A DNA stretch of 15,822 nucleotides from Promethearchaeota archaeon (GTDB lineage: Archaea; Asgardarchaeota; Lokiarchaeia; Sigyniarchaeales; SOKP01). This document shows positions 1 through 8,032 of this stretch, one piece after another (position 1 is the stretch's first letter; each line of letters starts with the position of its first letter). The position numbers were made by a program, and so were the translations under genes. The stretch spans positions 1-15,822 of the forward strand of contig JBHLOC010000036.1 in assembly GCA_048940925.1 (NCBI GenBank), in the 5' to 3' direction. The notes below the pieces were generated by a model. It made no database searches, was not told where the DNA came from, and worked only from the letters and a program-made list of their open reading frames with translations.

Positions 1-2
1 TT

Positions 3-74
3 GGGCCTATGGATTAGTGGAAGATCGTTCGCTTGGCATGCGAAAGGCCGCGGGTTCAATTCCCGCTAGGTCCA
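3..74 (+). tRNA. tRNA-Ala (anticodon GGC), intronless, CCA not encoded
   Basis: Folds into a cloverleaf: acceptor stem GGGCCTA(3-9)/TAGGTCC(67-73) with the G3:U70 alanine identity pair, D-stem GATT/GATC, anticodon stem TTCGC/GCGAA with loop TTGGCAT (GGC at 35-37), T-arm GCGGG-TTCAATT-CCCGC, discriminator A74. Confidence 0.97.
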
Positions 75-275
75 TTACTAACTCTCACTATTGGTAAAAA
101 AAAATTTTGGTAAATTAATAGATCGTGTATCTTTATTAAGATTTTAAAAAAAGATCCTTAATTTTATTGTGATTTCAAATTTAGGGGAAAAAAAGAGGAA
201 ATCTTAGTTATTCTTCTTTAAATCGTCTCTATTCTGTTCAGTTTCAAACTTTAGCCATTAAATAAAAGAAAGGAA

Positions 276-524
276 TTAAAGGTAATTTCTTTTCCTTGAT
301 AGGCTGAATTGGTAGTTAACCAGCATTTCATTGAAAAGATCTTTTCCAAGACCCATTTCAAAGCATTCACCATGAATTTCCCTTCCTTCTATGGGTCCTC
401 CACTAGTTTTTTTGGTGATTTTATAGTTAAAACCAAATAACTCTTGTATTTGAATAAGGAAATCTCTACTCCCACAATTGATTCTTGAAGTCCTAACTTT
501 TCCATACCAATTCTTAGATTTAGC
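276..524 (-). pseudogene. Start-less C-terminal fragment of a LAGLIDADG-like homing endonuclease
   Basis: Stop-to-stop frame absent from the ORF track: AKSKNWYGKVRTSRINCGSRDFLIQIQELFGFNYKITKKTSGGPIEGREIHGECFEMGLGKDLFNEMLVNYQFSLSRKRNYL*. The pattern (D)G..TSRI.CGS..FL..I...F ... LG..LFNEML.NY..SL.RKR resembles the segment after the second LAGLIDADG helix as I recall it. The catalytic helix and a 5' start codon are missing (TAG at 527-525). Confidence 0.6.
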
Positions 525-659
525 CTATATTTTGGAAAAAACCAGTTAAACCGAATCAGATTTCTCAAGATATTAATTAATGAAAAATAAAAGTAAGGTT
601 TCTCATAAAAAGAAAAAAAAATTTTAATTTTCAAAATTCTATAGGTTAAAACGTTTAGG

Positions 660-667
660 TTTAAATA
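660..667 (+). promoter_or_regulatory. Putative archaeal TATA box for the subtilase gene (leaderless-type spacing)
   Basis: TTTAAATA 23-30 nt upstream of ATG 690, with no Shine-Dalgarno before the ATG. The AT-rich background lowers confidence. Confidence 0.45.
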
Positions 668-689
668 ATTGCTTATACTTGCATAATCT

Positions 690-3600
690 ATGACTAAATT
701 TAAAAATAAATACCACAGATTAGTTCTTACATTTATTTTTACCAGTTTACTTTTTACGCCGATTATTGGAATAGGAGTTATCCAAAGTAATTCTAATGAT
801 TTCAGTCAAAAATCAATATCAAATTTTGATCCTTTGTCGTCATCGATTAAAAACCATTTAAATACAGAGGATCAAGAATTGGATACCCAATTAGATAACA
901 AATTCACTAAATATGATGCAGGCCTTAAAGATTATTTGTTTAATCTAACTATTTCTAATCAAAATAGTCCAAAAAACACGAAAGTAATAGTCCTATTTGA
1001 TTCTAAGATAAATAAGGTAAAAAGAATTGGGATTTTGGATTCTACTTTTGAAGAATATGAAATTTTGGCAAATTATGACATAATTCCTGGAACTTATATT
1101 AAAGTAAGTTCCGACCAGCTCATTGGAGAAGAGAAAATAATAGAGGGAATTCAATCAATAAAAAAAGTCTATAAACCGAAAATGTTTCAAAATCCTTACA
1201 TTTCTGAAGATAATCTTCAGTTGAGTGCGTTAAAGCAAAATTCTTATCCAAATTGGTGGCTTCCTGCTATTGGTGCCGAAAATTTAGCTTATAATGGAAG
1301 TGGTGTTAGAGTTGCTGTTGTTGATACTGGTATGTTTGATCATCCTGCCTTAAATATTGTTGAAAACAAAAATTTCGTCTCAAATGAAAGCGCTTCGAAC
1401 TATCAGGATGATGTAGGTCATGGAACCCATGTTGGGGGGATCATTGCTGGCGATGGAACTGGTTCAGATGGAGAATATCGAGGTGTTGCGCCTGGTGCAT
1501 TGCTAATTAATGCAAAAGCTGGAAATGCTAGCGGATTGGGAGAAGCAGATATTATAAGTGCTATTGAATGGAGTTCAGAGCCAAAGGGACTAGGTGGTGC
1601 GGATGCTGATATAATATCAATGAGTTTTGGTGGAGGATATCCTTATATTTCAGACTTAATAACTCAAGCAATATCCAATGCTAAAGAGAAGTATGGGGTC
1701 ATTTTTGTAGCATCAGCAGGTAATGAAGGACCAGATTATTTTACAGGATCTACACCAGCTGCTGGAGTTAATGTAATATCTGTAGGTGCTAGCGATAAAA
1801 ACAATGAATTGGCATCTTTTAGTAGTTGGGGTCCTACATTTGGGTATTTAGGTTATCCAGATGTCGTTGCTCCTGGAGTTAATATTATTTCAACAGAAGC
1901 GAAAGATTCTATTATATCATCTGAAGAGCATTATAAAGGTGATTATTTTGACTTTACGGGAGACGCTGATTATATTCCATTAAGTGGTACTAGCATGTCA
2001 TGCCCTATGGTTTCTGGAGCTCTAGCTATTTTAAAAGAAGCTTTTCCTAATCTTACGCCTGAAGCTGCTAAGATAGCTTTGTTAGAAGGGGCAAGAAAAC
2101 TTCCTAATGAGCAAGATGAGGGGGTCCTTAAATCGGGGGCAGGTTTAATAAATGTTTCGGCATCATTAAGCTATTTAGATAGTCAAAAACCAAATTATAA
2201 TGATGTTGCTAAAGTCTTTCCAGATAATTTGCCTATTAAACCATTTAACCTATTAAATTTTCCAGGTGATCACTTAAAATTTAATTTAACAATAATTTCT
2301 GGTGATAGTAATACATACGATATAAATATACCATCTAGTATACAAGGTTTATCATTTTCAGTAGATAAACCAAGCATAGATTTTACTGAAGGAGGTATTG
2401 ATTTAATTGAATTAGATATTGCTATAAAAAACATTGCGAAAGCTGGTCTTAGAAACTTTGAGTTAAATATATCATCCGATGGACAGATTTATGATAGGGT
2501 AGATATAAAATTAGATATCCACTTACCAGAATATCGTGTTTTAATGGAATCTTATCACGGAGTAAATGATTGGTTTCCTGACTTTTCATTTAATCAAATG
2601 GGATTTTTTGAAGCGATGAATGATCTTGCTGAAATGAATATCTCAATTGATTATCAAATGGAGCATTGGACTCCAGATTATAATAAATACACGAATAATT
2701 CGATTTTAACAGAAGAAAAGTTAGCACAGTATGATATAGTAATTTTACAGACACCAATCTTACCTTTTAGTCCTTTAGAAATAAATAATCTGAGAAATTA
2801 TTTTGATAATGGAGGGAATTTAATATTTTTAGGAACAAGATATCAGGATATGGCAGTAGAAAACGTAAATTACCTATTTTCTCAATTAGATTTAGGTATT
2901 CAAATGAACGAAGAAAATATCATGGATGATAAGTGGTTAGGAATAGGAGCTAGTGTAACGTCTCAACCTGTTTATAATTTCACCAATAACTATATCTTTA
3001 ATAATGTTAGCAAGTTCTATTGGGGATATGGTAATAGCTTTAATGTGTTAAATGCAGCAGATTCCATTGCTACCCTTAGTAATGCAACAGTTGTAGCTTT
3101 TTATAACGGAACCACTGAAGGTAAAGGGCAATTTTTAGCTTTTGGAGATTTACATTGGATTTATAATAAATATAAATCACAAAATTATGCTCAAGATCAT
3201 GCAACTTTATTAAAGAACATAATAAATTCTTTTCTATCTAAAAGAGAAGTCTCAATAAATATTGAATTAAATTCGGAACGTACTTCGTCCTCTCAGAACG
3301 AAATTTCTCTTTATTTAAAATACCAAAAAACAGAATCTCCAATTACTTCTTATGGTGACTTGGAATTAACAATTCAAAATGAAGCTTACTCGCAATCAAT
3401 TATACTTGATACTAGTTTGTCAAATGAAGGAATTTATTTCAACAATTCTTTTAGTTTACCCTCTCCAAGTTATATTCCTTATTCAATTATCGCTAATTTA
3501 ACTATAGATTCAAAACAGTATAATAAAGAAACAAAAATCCTTTATTATAATCAAAGTAAGGTTCCAAAGATACTTAACATCACAACAAGCCAATCTTCTG

Positions 3601-4676
3601 TATCAAGAGAAAGCGGTAGCACTATAAATCTGATTGCTAAATTAGATAAGACAACTTATGCTAATTTTGAAGGCTTTTTATCAATCTATTCATATTCTTT
3701 CTTCAACACTAAGACGACTGTTAATAAAACTTTAAAATTTGATCATATTTCAAATGAATACATAGAAACATTTAATCCAGATGCTAGTGATCCTTCGGGT
3801 CAAGCTATTTTCTACGTTATTCCTTCAAATGATAACTATAGTACTCCAAATTCACCTAGATTTACTTTTCAGATTATAAATAATCCCCCTGAAATTTTAA
3901 AATCAAGTTCTACTTTCAATATAGATGGAAATCAAGATATTTATTTTAAAGATACTGAAACAGATAAACATACTAATGTTTATAGTGCCTCTCAAGGTAG
4001 TAAAATTAATTTCATAATAGATGCTAAAGATTCAGTTAATTATGAAGATAAAATTTCAGAACTGCGAGTTTTTGTTAATTTAATAATTGCTACGGTATCT
4101 GGAGAAGGATATTTGATATTTATTTACCCAAGTAATATCATAGTTGATGAATTGCTTTTTCAATCTGATTCAAGTAAATATGAGGGAACTTTTATAATTC
4201 CAAATAACATGGAATATGATTCCATTTCAGGAACTAAATCAATATCAACAGCTACAAATTTCGATAGTTCTACGGGGAAAGGATATTTAGGTGTATTATA
4301 CATTACTGTTTATGATAGTGAAGGAAAGTATGATGATTTTTTGATTGTAGTTACAATTGCTAGTAAACCAATCGATATGATGATGATACTATTAATTGTG
4401 TTACCAATCATTGCCGTAATTGCTATAGCTAGTATGCTATTATATTATTCAAGAAGACGTAAAAGAAGACAGTATTCACAAACACAACCAGGATTTCGTG
4501 ATTATTATTATCAACCTTCTTATGAGCCTCAAGAACAAACTTATACTACTCCTGAACCTATACCCGAATTAGGACCTGGAATGTATTGTCCTTTCTGTGG
4601 AAAGTTAATAAAGACGCCTAAAAAGTTTTGTCCAAATTGTGGGGAATCACTTGATCTCAATAAACAAAATGAGTAA
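690..4676 (+). CDS. Membrane-anchored S8 (subtilisin-family) serine peptidase with a GATase/GldG/DUF4350-like domain, C-terminal TM helix and zinc ribbon; Site-1-protease-like architecture
   Basis: N-terminal hydrophobic signal, propeptide-like region, catalytic D212 (VAVVDTG), H244 (HGTHVGG), oxyanion N345 (AGNEG) and S435 (SGTSMSCP). These are followed by an 'LAQYDIVIL...FSPLEINNLRNYFDNGGNLIFLG...FLAFGD' domain, a TM ILLIVLPIIAVIAIASMLLYY with RRRKRR stop-transfer, and CPFCG...CPNCG. Confidence 0.95.
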   Translation: MTKFKNKYHRLVLTFIFTSLLFTPIIGIGVIQSNSNDFSQKSISNFDPLSSSIKNHLNTEDQELDTQLDNKFTKYDAGLKDYLFNLTISNQNSPKNTKVIVLFDSKINKVKRIGILDSTFEEYEILANYDIIPGTYIKVSSDQLIGEEKIIEGIQSIKKVYKPKMFQNPYISEDNLQLSALKQNSYPNWWLPAIGAENLAYNGSGVRVAVVDTGMFDHPALNIVENKNFVSNESASNYQDDVGHGTHVGGIIAGDGTGSDGEYRGVAPGALLINAKAGNASGLGEADIISAIEWSSEPKGLGGADADIISMSFGGGYPYISDLITQAISNAKEKYGVIFVASAGNEGPDYFTGSTPAAGVNVISVGASDKNNELASFSSWGPTFGYLGYPDVVAPGVNIISTEAKDSIISSEEHYKGDYFDFTGDADYIPLSGTSMSCPMVSGALAILKEAFPNLTPEAAKIALLEGARKLPNEQDEGVLKSGAGLINVSASLSYLDSQKPNYNDVAKVFPDNLPIKPFNLLNFPGDHLKFNLTIISGDSNTYDINIPSSIQGLSFSVDKPSIDFTEGGIDLIELDIAIKNIAKAGLRNFELNISSDGQIYDRVDIKLDIHLPEYRVLMESYHGVNDWFPDFSFNQMGFFEAMNDLAEMNISIDYQMEHWTPDYNKYTNNSILTEEKLAQYDIVILQTPILPFSPLEINNLRNYFDNGGNLIFLGTRYQDMAVENVNYLFSQLDLGIQMNEENIMDDKWLGIGASVTSQPVYNFTNNYIFNNVSKFYWGYGNSFNVLNAADSIATLSNATVVAFYNGTTEGKGQFLAFGDLHWIYNKYKSQNYAQDHATLLKNIINSFLSKREVSINIELNSERTSSSQNEISLYLKYQKTESPITSYGDLELTIQNEAYSQSIILDTSLSNEGIYFNNSFSLPSPSYIPYSIIANLTIDSKQYNKETKILYYNQSKVPKILNITTSQSSVSRESGSTINLIAKLDKTTYANFEGFLSIYSYSFFNTKTTVNKTLKFDHISNEYIETFNPDASDPSGQAIFYVIPSNDNYSTPNSPRFTFQIINNPPEILKSSSTFNIDGNQDIYFKDTETDKHTNVYSASQGSKINFIIDAKDSVNYEDKISELRVFVNLIIATVSGEGYLIFIYPSNIIVDELLFQSDSSKYEGTFIIPNNMEYDSISGTKSISTATNFDSSTGKGYLGVLYITVYDSEGKYDDFLIVVTIASKPIDMMMILLIVLPIIAVIAIASMLLYYSRRRKRRQYSQTQPGFRDYYYQPSYEPQEQTYTTPEPIPELGPGMYCPFCGKLIKTPKKFCPNCGESLDLNKQNE

Positions 4677-4698
4677 GACTTTAATCCACTTTTAAGTA

Positions 4699-4708
4699 TT
4701 TTTTTTTT
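4699..4708 (+). terminator. Oligo-T archaeal terminator candidate after the subtilase gene
   Basis: Run of 10 T about 22 nt after the stop codon, in the gap between convergent genes. Confidence 0.5.
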
Positions 4709-4718
4709 AATTTTTATA

Positions 4719-5429
4719 TTATTTTTTTTCTAAAATTATTACTTCGCCATTTTTGGTTCCTATATATACTTTAGAGGCAATATTAATAAATAATCCTGTA
4801 TCAACTACGCCAGGAATTTTCATAATCTTTAAATCAAGTGCTTTAGGATTTGTAATTTCACCAAAATCAGTATCGATTATAAAATTGCCATTATCAGTTA
4901 TTAATGGTCCACTTTTCGATTGAGCCATCCGAAGAATCGGTTTTCCGCCTAGCTTTGACAGTTTTTTCATTATTGGAATGTAAGCCATGGGAATTACCTC
5001 AATAGGAACTCCCTTTTTCCATTTAGTGCCTAAGATTTCTGATTTTTTTCTAAAATCAGCAATGATAACTAACTTTTTTGAATTTGAAGCTAAAATCTTT
5101 TCTTGTACTAAGCAGCCTCCTCCACCTTTAATTAAGTTAAGATCTTTATCAATCTCATCAGCACCATCAATATCTAAGTCAATTTCTGGAAATTGTTCCA
5201 AGGAAGCTAAATCTAAATTATTTTCAATTATTAATTGATATGATTGAAATGAACTTGGGATACATTTTAGGTTTAAAGAGCTCTTTTGATTGATTCTGGC
5301 TATATGTTGGACCGCATAGACGATGGTTGAACCGCTTCCTATTCCTATAATCATGTTTTTTTTCACATTTTCTTCTACAGCTCTTTCTGCTGCTAATCTC
5401 TTTCCCTTTTCGATTATATCTTCAGTCAT
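4719..5429 (-). CDS. rpiA: Ribose-5-phosphate isomerase A
   Basis: Signature motifs IGIGSGST, DGADEID, LIKGGGG(C)LVQEK, VPIEV, TDNGNFIID and IPGVVDTGLF. AGTGAT RBS-like motif upstream of the ATG. Confidence 0.97.
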   Translation of the reverse strand: MTEDIIEKGKRLAAERAVEENVKKNMIIGIGSGSTIVYAVQHIARINQKSSLNLKCIPSSFQSYQLIIENNLDLASLEQFPEIDLDIDGADEIDKDLNLIKGGGGCLVQEKILASNSKKLVIIADFRKKSEILGTKWKKGVPIEVIPMAYIPIMKKLSKLGGKPILRMAQSKSGPLITDNGNFIIDTDFGEITNPKALDLKIMKIPGVVDTGLFINIASKVYIGTKNGEVIILEKK

Positions 5430-5447
5430 AGGATCACTATAAAATTA

Positions 5448-5846
5448 TTATTTCATTAAATTTAGAATTCTAATAGCTAAATGTGCCGCATTATCACCTC
5501 TATCAATTCCCACACTTGCAACTGGTACTCCAGGAGGCATTTGTACAATTGATAATAGAGCATCTAATCCACCTAATTTTGCGCTAACAGGAACACCTAT
5601 TACAGGTTTATCTGTTTTGGATGCAATCATCCCAGGTAATGCAGCTGATAAACCTGCAACAGCAATATATACTAAAGAATCACACTTTTCTAAGTATTCA
5701 TTTAATTTTTCAGGATTTCTATGAACAGAAATAATTTGTAAATCATATTTTATATTATTTTCTCTTAAAATTTTCTCTGCTTTTTCATAAACTTCTTTAT
5801 CAGAAGTACTAGCCGCAAGAATTGATACTAGTGGTCGTTCAGCCAT
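5448..5846 (-). CDS. purE: PurE (AIR carboxylase / N5-CAIR mutase family)
   Basis: [30 protein letters not shown] and [22 protein letters not shown] motifs. An 18-nt gap to rpiA suggests co-transcription. Confidence 0.93.
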   Translation of the reverse strand: MAERPLVSILAASTSDKEVYEKAEKILRENNIKYDLQIISVHRNPEKLNEYLEKCDSLVYIAVAGLSAALPGMIASKTDKPVIGVPVSAKLGGLDALLSIVQMPPGVPVASVGIDRGDNAAHLAIRILNLMK

Positions 5847-6021
5847 AATTAATCTAGCAATTTTAAAAATAAAAATGATATTAATTGTTTCTTAATCTTC
5901 AATTCATATTAACGAAAATAAAGATCTCCTTATCAAAAAGTTTAATATTTCCTTTAAATTTCCACAATTAACATTTAAATTTGATAATAAAACTGTAAAA
6001 AATATAGAGTGATATTAAGAT

Positions 6022-7308
6022 ATGGTAGATCTAAATGAAGTATGGCTTGTGGATTATGCGAGAACTGCTTTTTCTCGTTCCAGACCCAGAGAACCTGAAA
6101 GAGATGTATTTGGTGAAGTTAGAGGTGATGAACTGCTTGCAACCTTACTAATGAAATTTTTTGACGAAAAACTGGCTGATAAAGGAATCGAAAAGAAAGA
6201 AATTGAAGAATTCACTGTTGGTAGCGCAATGGGTGTTTATGAAGCATGGACTTATGGGGGTAGACTTCCACTGTTTTTAGCAGAATTTCCTGCTCATGTA
6301 CCTGCCATGTTTGTTGATAGACAATGTGGTTCTGCAGGAAGTGGTATGCATGTTGGTATTATGGAGATTATGACAGGTAACAGCAAAATCTGCTTAGCTG
6401 GGGGAGTAGAACATATGACACGTGTTCCAATGCAAAATAATTGGATAAGTCCTAACATGGGTATAATCAATAGAAAAAGTAAATGGTTTCGCCCACAATT
6501 CGACTTTATGACAACAAGTAATATGATTCAAACAGCTCAAAAACTTTATGAGGAAGAAATTCCAGCTTTTACAAAGGAAGATTTAGATAAGTTTGGAGTA
6601 AGAAGTCACAATTTAACTGTAAAATATACAGAAGAAGGTTGGTATAAAGGCGAGATAATTCCTGTGGAAGGACATGTTGAGGGGAATGTTGAGGAGAAAA
6701 TGATGGTAGATAGGGACATGGCAGCACGAAAATCCACATTAGAGGGAGTTGGTGGATTACGACGATTATCCAGAGCATTTTTCCTAGAAAAAAATGGAGG
6801 GAAAGAAGGTTATGAAAAAAGAGAAGGAACAGCAGAAGGAGTAATTACTGCTGGTAATTCTTCACCGTTAAATGCGGGTGCTACTACGTGTTTAGTAATG
6901 GATGCAAAAGAAGCGGAAACACGTGGATTAAACCCCATGGCTAGAATTGTTTCAATAGGTTGGGCTGCTGTAGATCCTACAGTTATGGGACGAGGCCCAG
7001 TTCCAGCAACTGAAAGAGCATTAAAATATGCTGGTTTGACTCCAGATGATATTGATTATTGGGAAATAAATGAAGCATTCACCATTGTAACTCTTAACTG
7101 TATGAAAGCATTTAACATTCCTGAAGAAAAAGTTAATGTTATGGGAGGTGCTACTGCTATTGGACATCCATTAGGAGCAACAATGATAAGATTACCAGGT
7201 ACTCTTGCTCGAATTTTAAAAGATAAAAAAGCTAAATATGGTGTTGCCAACGCTTGTGTTGGTGGCGGACAAGGTGTCGCGACCATATTAGAAAACCTTG
7301 ATGCATAA
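6022..7308 (+). CDS. Acetyl-CoA C-acyltransferase (thiolase)
   Basis: Catalytic motifs RQCGS, GGVEHM, TAGNSSPLNAGA, EINEAF, GHPLGA and ACVGGGQG are intact. GAGTGAT RBS upstream. Confidence 0.96.
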   Translation: MVDLNEVWLVDYARTAFSRSRPREPERDVFGEVRGDELLATLLMKFFDEKLADKGIEKKEIEEFTVGSAMGVYEAWTYGGRLPLFLAEFPAHVPAMFVDRQCGSAGSGMHVGIMEIMTGNSKICLAGGVEHMTRVPMQNNWISPNMGIINRKSKWFRPQFDFMTTSNMIQTAQKLYEEEIPAFTKEDLDKFGVRSHNLTVKYTEEGWYKGEIIPVEGHVEGNVEEKMMVDRDMAARKSTLEGVGGLRRLSRAFFLEKNGGKEGYEKREGTAEGVITAGNSSPLNAGATTCLVMDAKEAETRGLNPMARIVSIGWAAVDPTVMGRGPVPATERALKYAGLTPDDIDYWEINEAFTIVTLNCMKAFNIPEEKVNVMGGATAIGHPLGATMIRLPGTLARILKDKKAKYGVANACVGGGQGVATILENLDA

Positions 7309-7470
7309 AAAAATTTTTAATAACTTATTTTTAATTTTTTTTGTTTCCTTTAATTTTTCAGCCATTTACTTTTTCTATTAAAATACCTTTAGAATTATTG
7401 GTTTTCTGAGTAATATTTAAATATTAACCTATAACAAATTTACTTACATAAACTCTAAATTTTAAGGGAA

Positions 7471-7683
7471 ATGAAAATGCCTGTTTATAAAAGTATACAG
7501 TTAGTCGGCACTTCCGATAAAAATTGGGCAGATGCTGTCAAAAGTTGTTATGAAGAAGCGAAAAAAACCTTACGCGGAATTAGAAATATTCAGATAATTG
7601 AATCCGATGTAAAAGTTAAAGAAGATGTAGATAAATTGATTTATCGTGTAAGGGTTCAAGTAAATTTTCAATTAGAAAGATAA
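7471..7683 (+). CDS. Dodecin-family protein (start may be ATG 7477)
   Basis: About 70 aa with the VYKSIQLVGTS..W..AV...A.KTLR.I ... YRVRVQVNF pattern typical of dodecins. TTTAAATA at 7416-7423 upstream. Confidence 0.88.
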   Translation: MKMPVYKSIQLVGTSDKNWADAVKSCYEEAKKTLRGIRNIQIIESDVKVKEDVDKLIYRVRVQVNFQLER

Positions 7684-7697
7684 TCTTTAAAAATTCA

Positions 7698-7706
7698 TTT
7701 TTTTTT
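7698..7706 (+). terminator. Oligo-T terminator candidate after dodecin
   Basis: Run of 9 T starting 14 nt after the stop codon. Confidence 0.45.
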
Positions 7707-7830
7707 CTTATTTCTATTTTTCACGAATCTTTGGAGGGAATGAAGGGTTTAATAGATTTCTTTAAATCTACGAGAATATTCAAATATGATTAAGTATTAA
7801 GTTTTAAATAATTCAAATATCTTTTTAGAT

Positions 7831-7838
7831 TTTATATA
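7831..7838 (+). promoter_or_regulatory. Putative TATA box for the small ORF at 7857
   Basis: TTTATATA 19-26 nt upstream of ATG 7857, matching the archaeal consensus. Confidence 0.45.
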
Positions 7839-7856
7839 TTCTTGAATTAGCAATAT

Positions 7857-7988
7857 ATGACTCTATTCGATATAATCTCTGAATTGTTTTCAAATCCAAC
7901 ATTGATAAGATACATAATAGGTGGTATTATCTTAATTGTCGTTATCATTGTATGTTATGCTATTCATAATAAGTTAGTAAATGAATAA
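7857..7988 (+). CDS. Small single-pass membrane protein (43 aa), not in the ORF track
   Basis: MTLFDIISELFSNPTLIRYIIGGIILIVVIIVCYAIHNKLVNE*. One clear TM segment, an upstream TATA box, and it fills an otherwise empty 350-nt gap. Confidence 0.65.
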   Translation: MTLFDIISELFSNPTLIRYIIGGIILIVVIIVCYAIHNKLVNE

Positions 7989-8032
7989 CTCTTTTCAGAG
8001 GATAAATTTCTTTTAAAAATTTCTTACTTATT

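Noticed and set aside
389-634. 81-aa minus-strand ORF from the ORF track
   Set aside because: Its F/I/K/L-rich composition is typical of AT-rich noise, and it overlaps the more protein-like endonuclease remnant in another frame.
3-700. tRNA-Ala as the attachment site of an integrated element
   Set aside because: No integrase, no repeat of the tRNA 3' end seen by eye in the window, and the downstream genes look like host core genes.
4987-5238. 83-aa plus-strand ORF
   Set aside because: Antisense shadow of rpiA.
6569-6778. 69-aa minus-strand ORF
   Set aside because: Antisense within the thiolase gene, with no recognisable motifs.
7056-7286. 76-aa minus-strand ORF
   Set aside because: Antisense shadow of the thiolase C-terminus.
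4719-7308. Functional link between the S1P-like protease and the nearby thiolase (SREBP-like lipid control)
   Set aside because: The genes are separated by rpiA-purE on the opposite strand, no membrane-bound transcription factor is in the window, and proximity alone is not evidence.
7733-7793. GGAGG followed by a 17-codon ORF (MKGLIDFFKSTRIFKYD) and a short inverted repeat TAGATTT/AAATCTA
   Set aside because: The RBS is too close to the ATG, the ORF is very short, and a 7-bp AT-rich stem is expected by chance.
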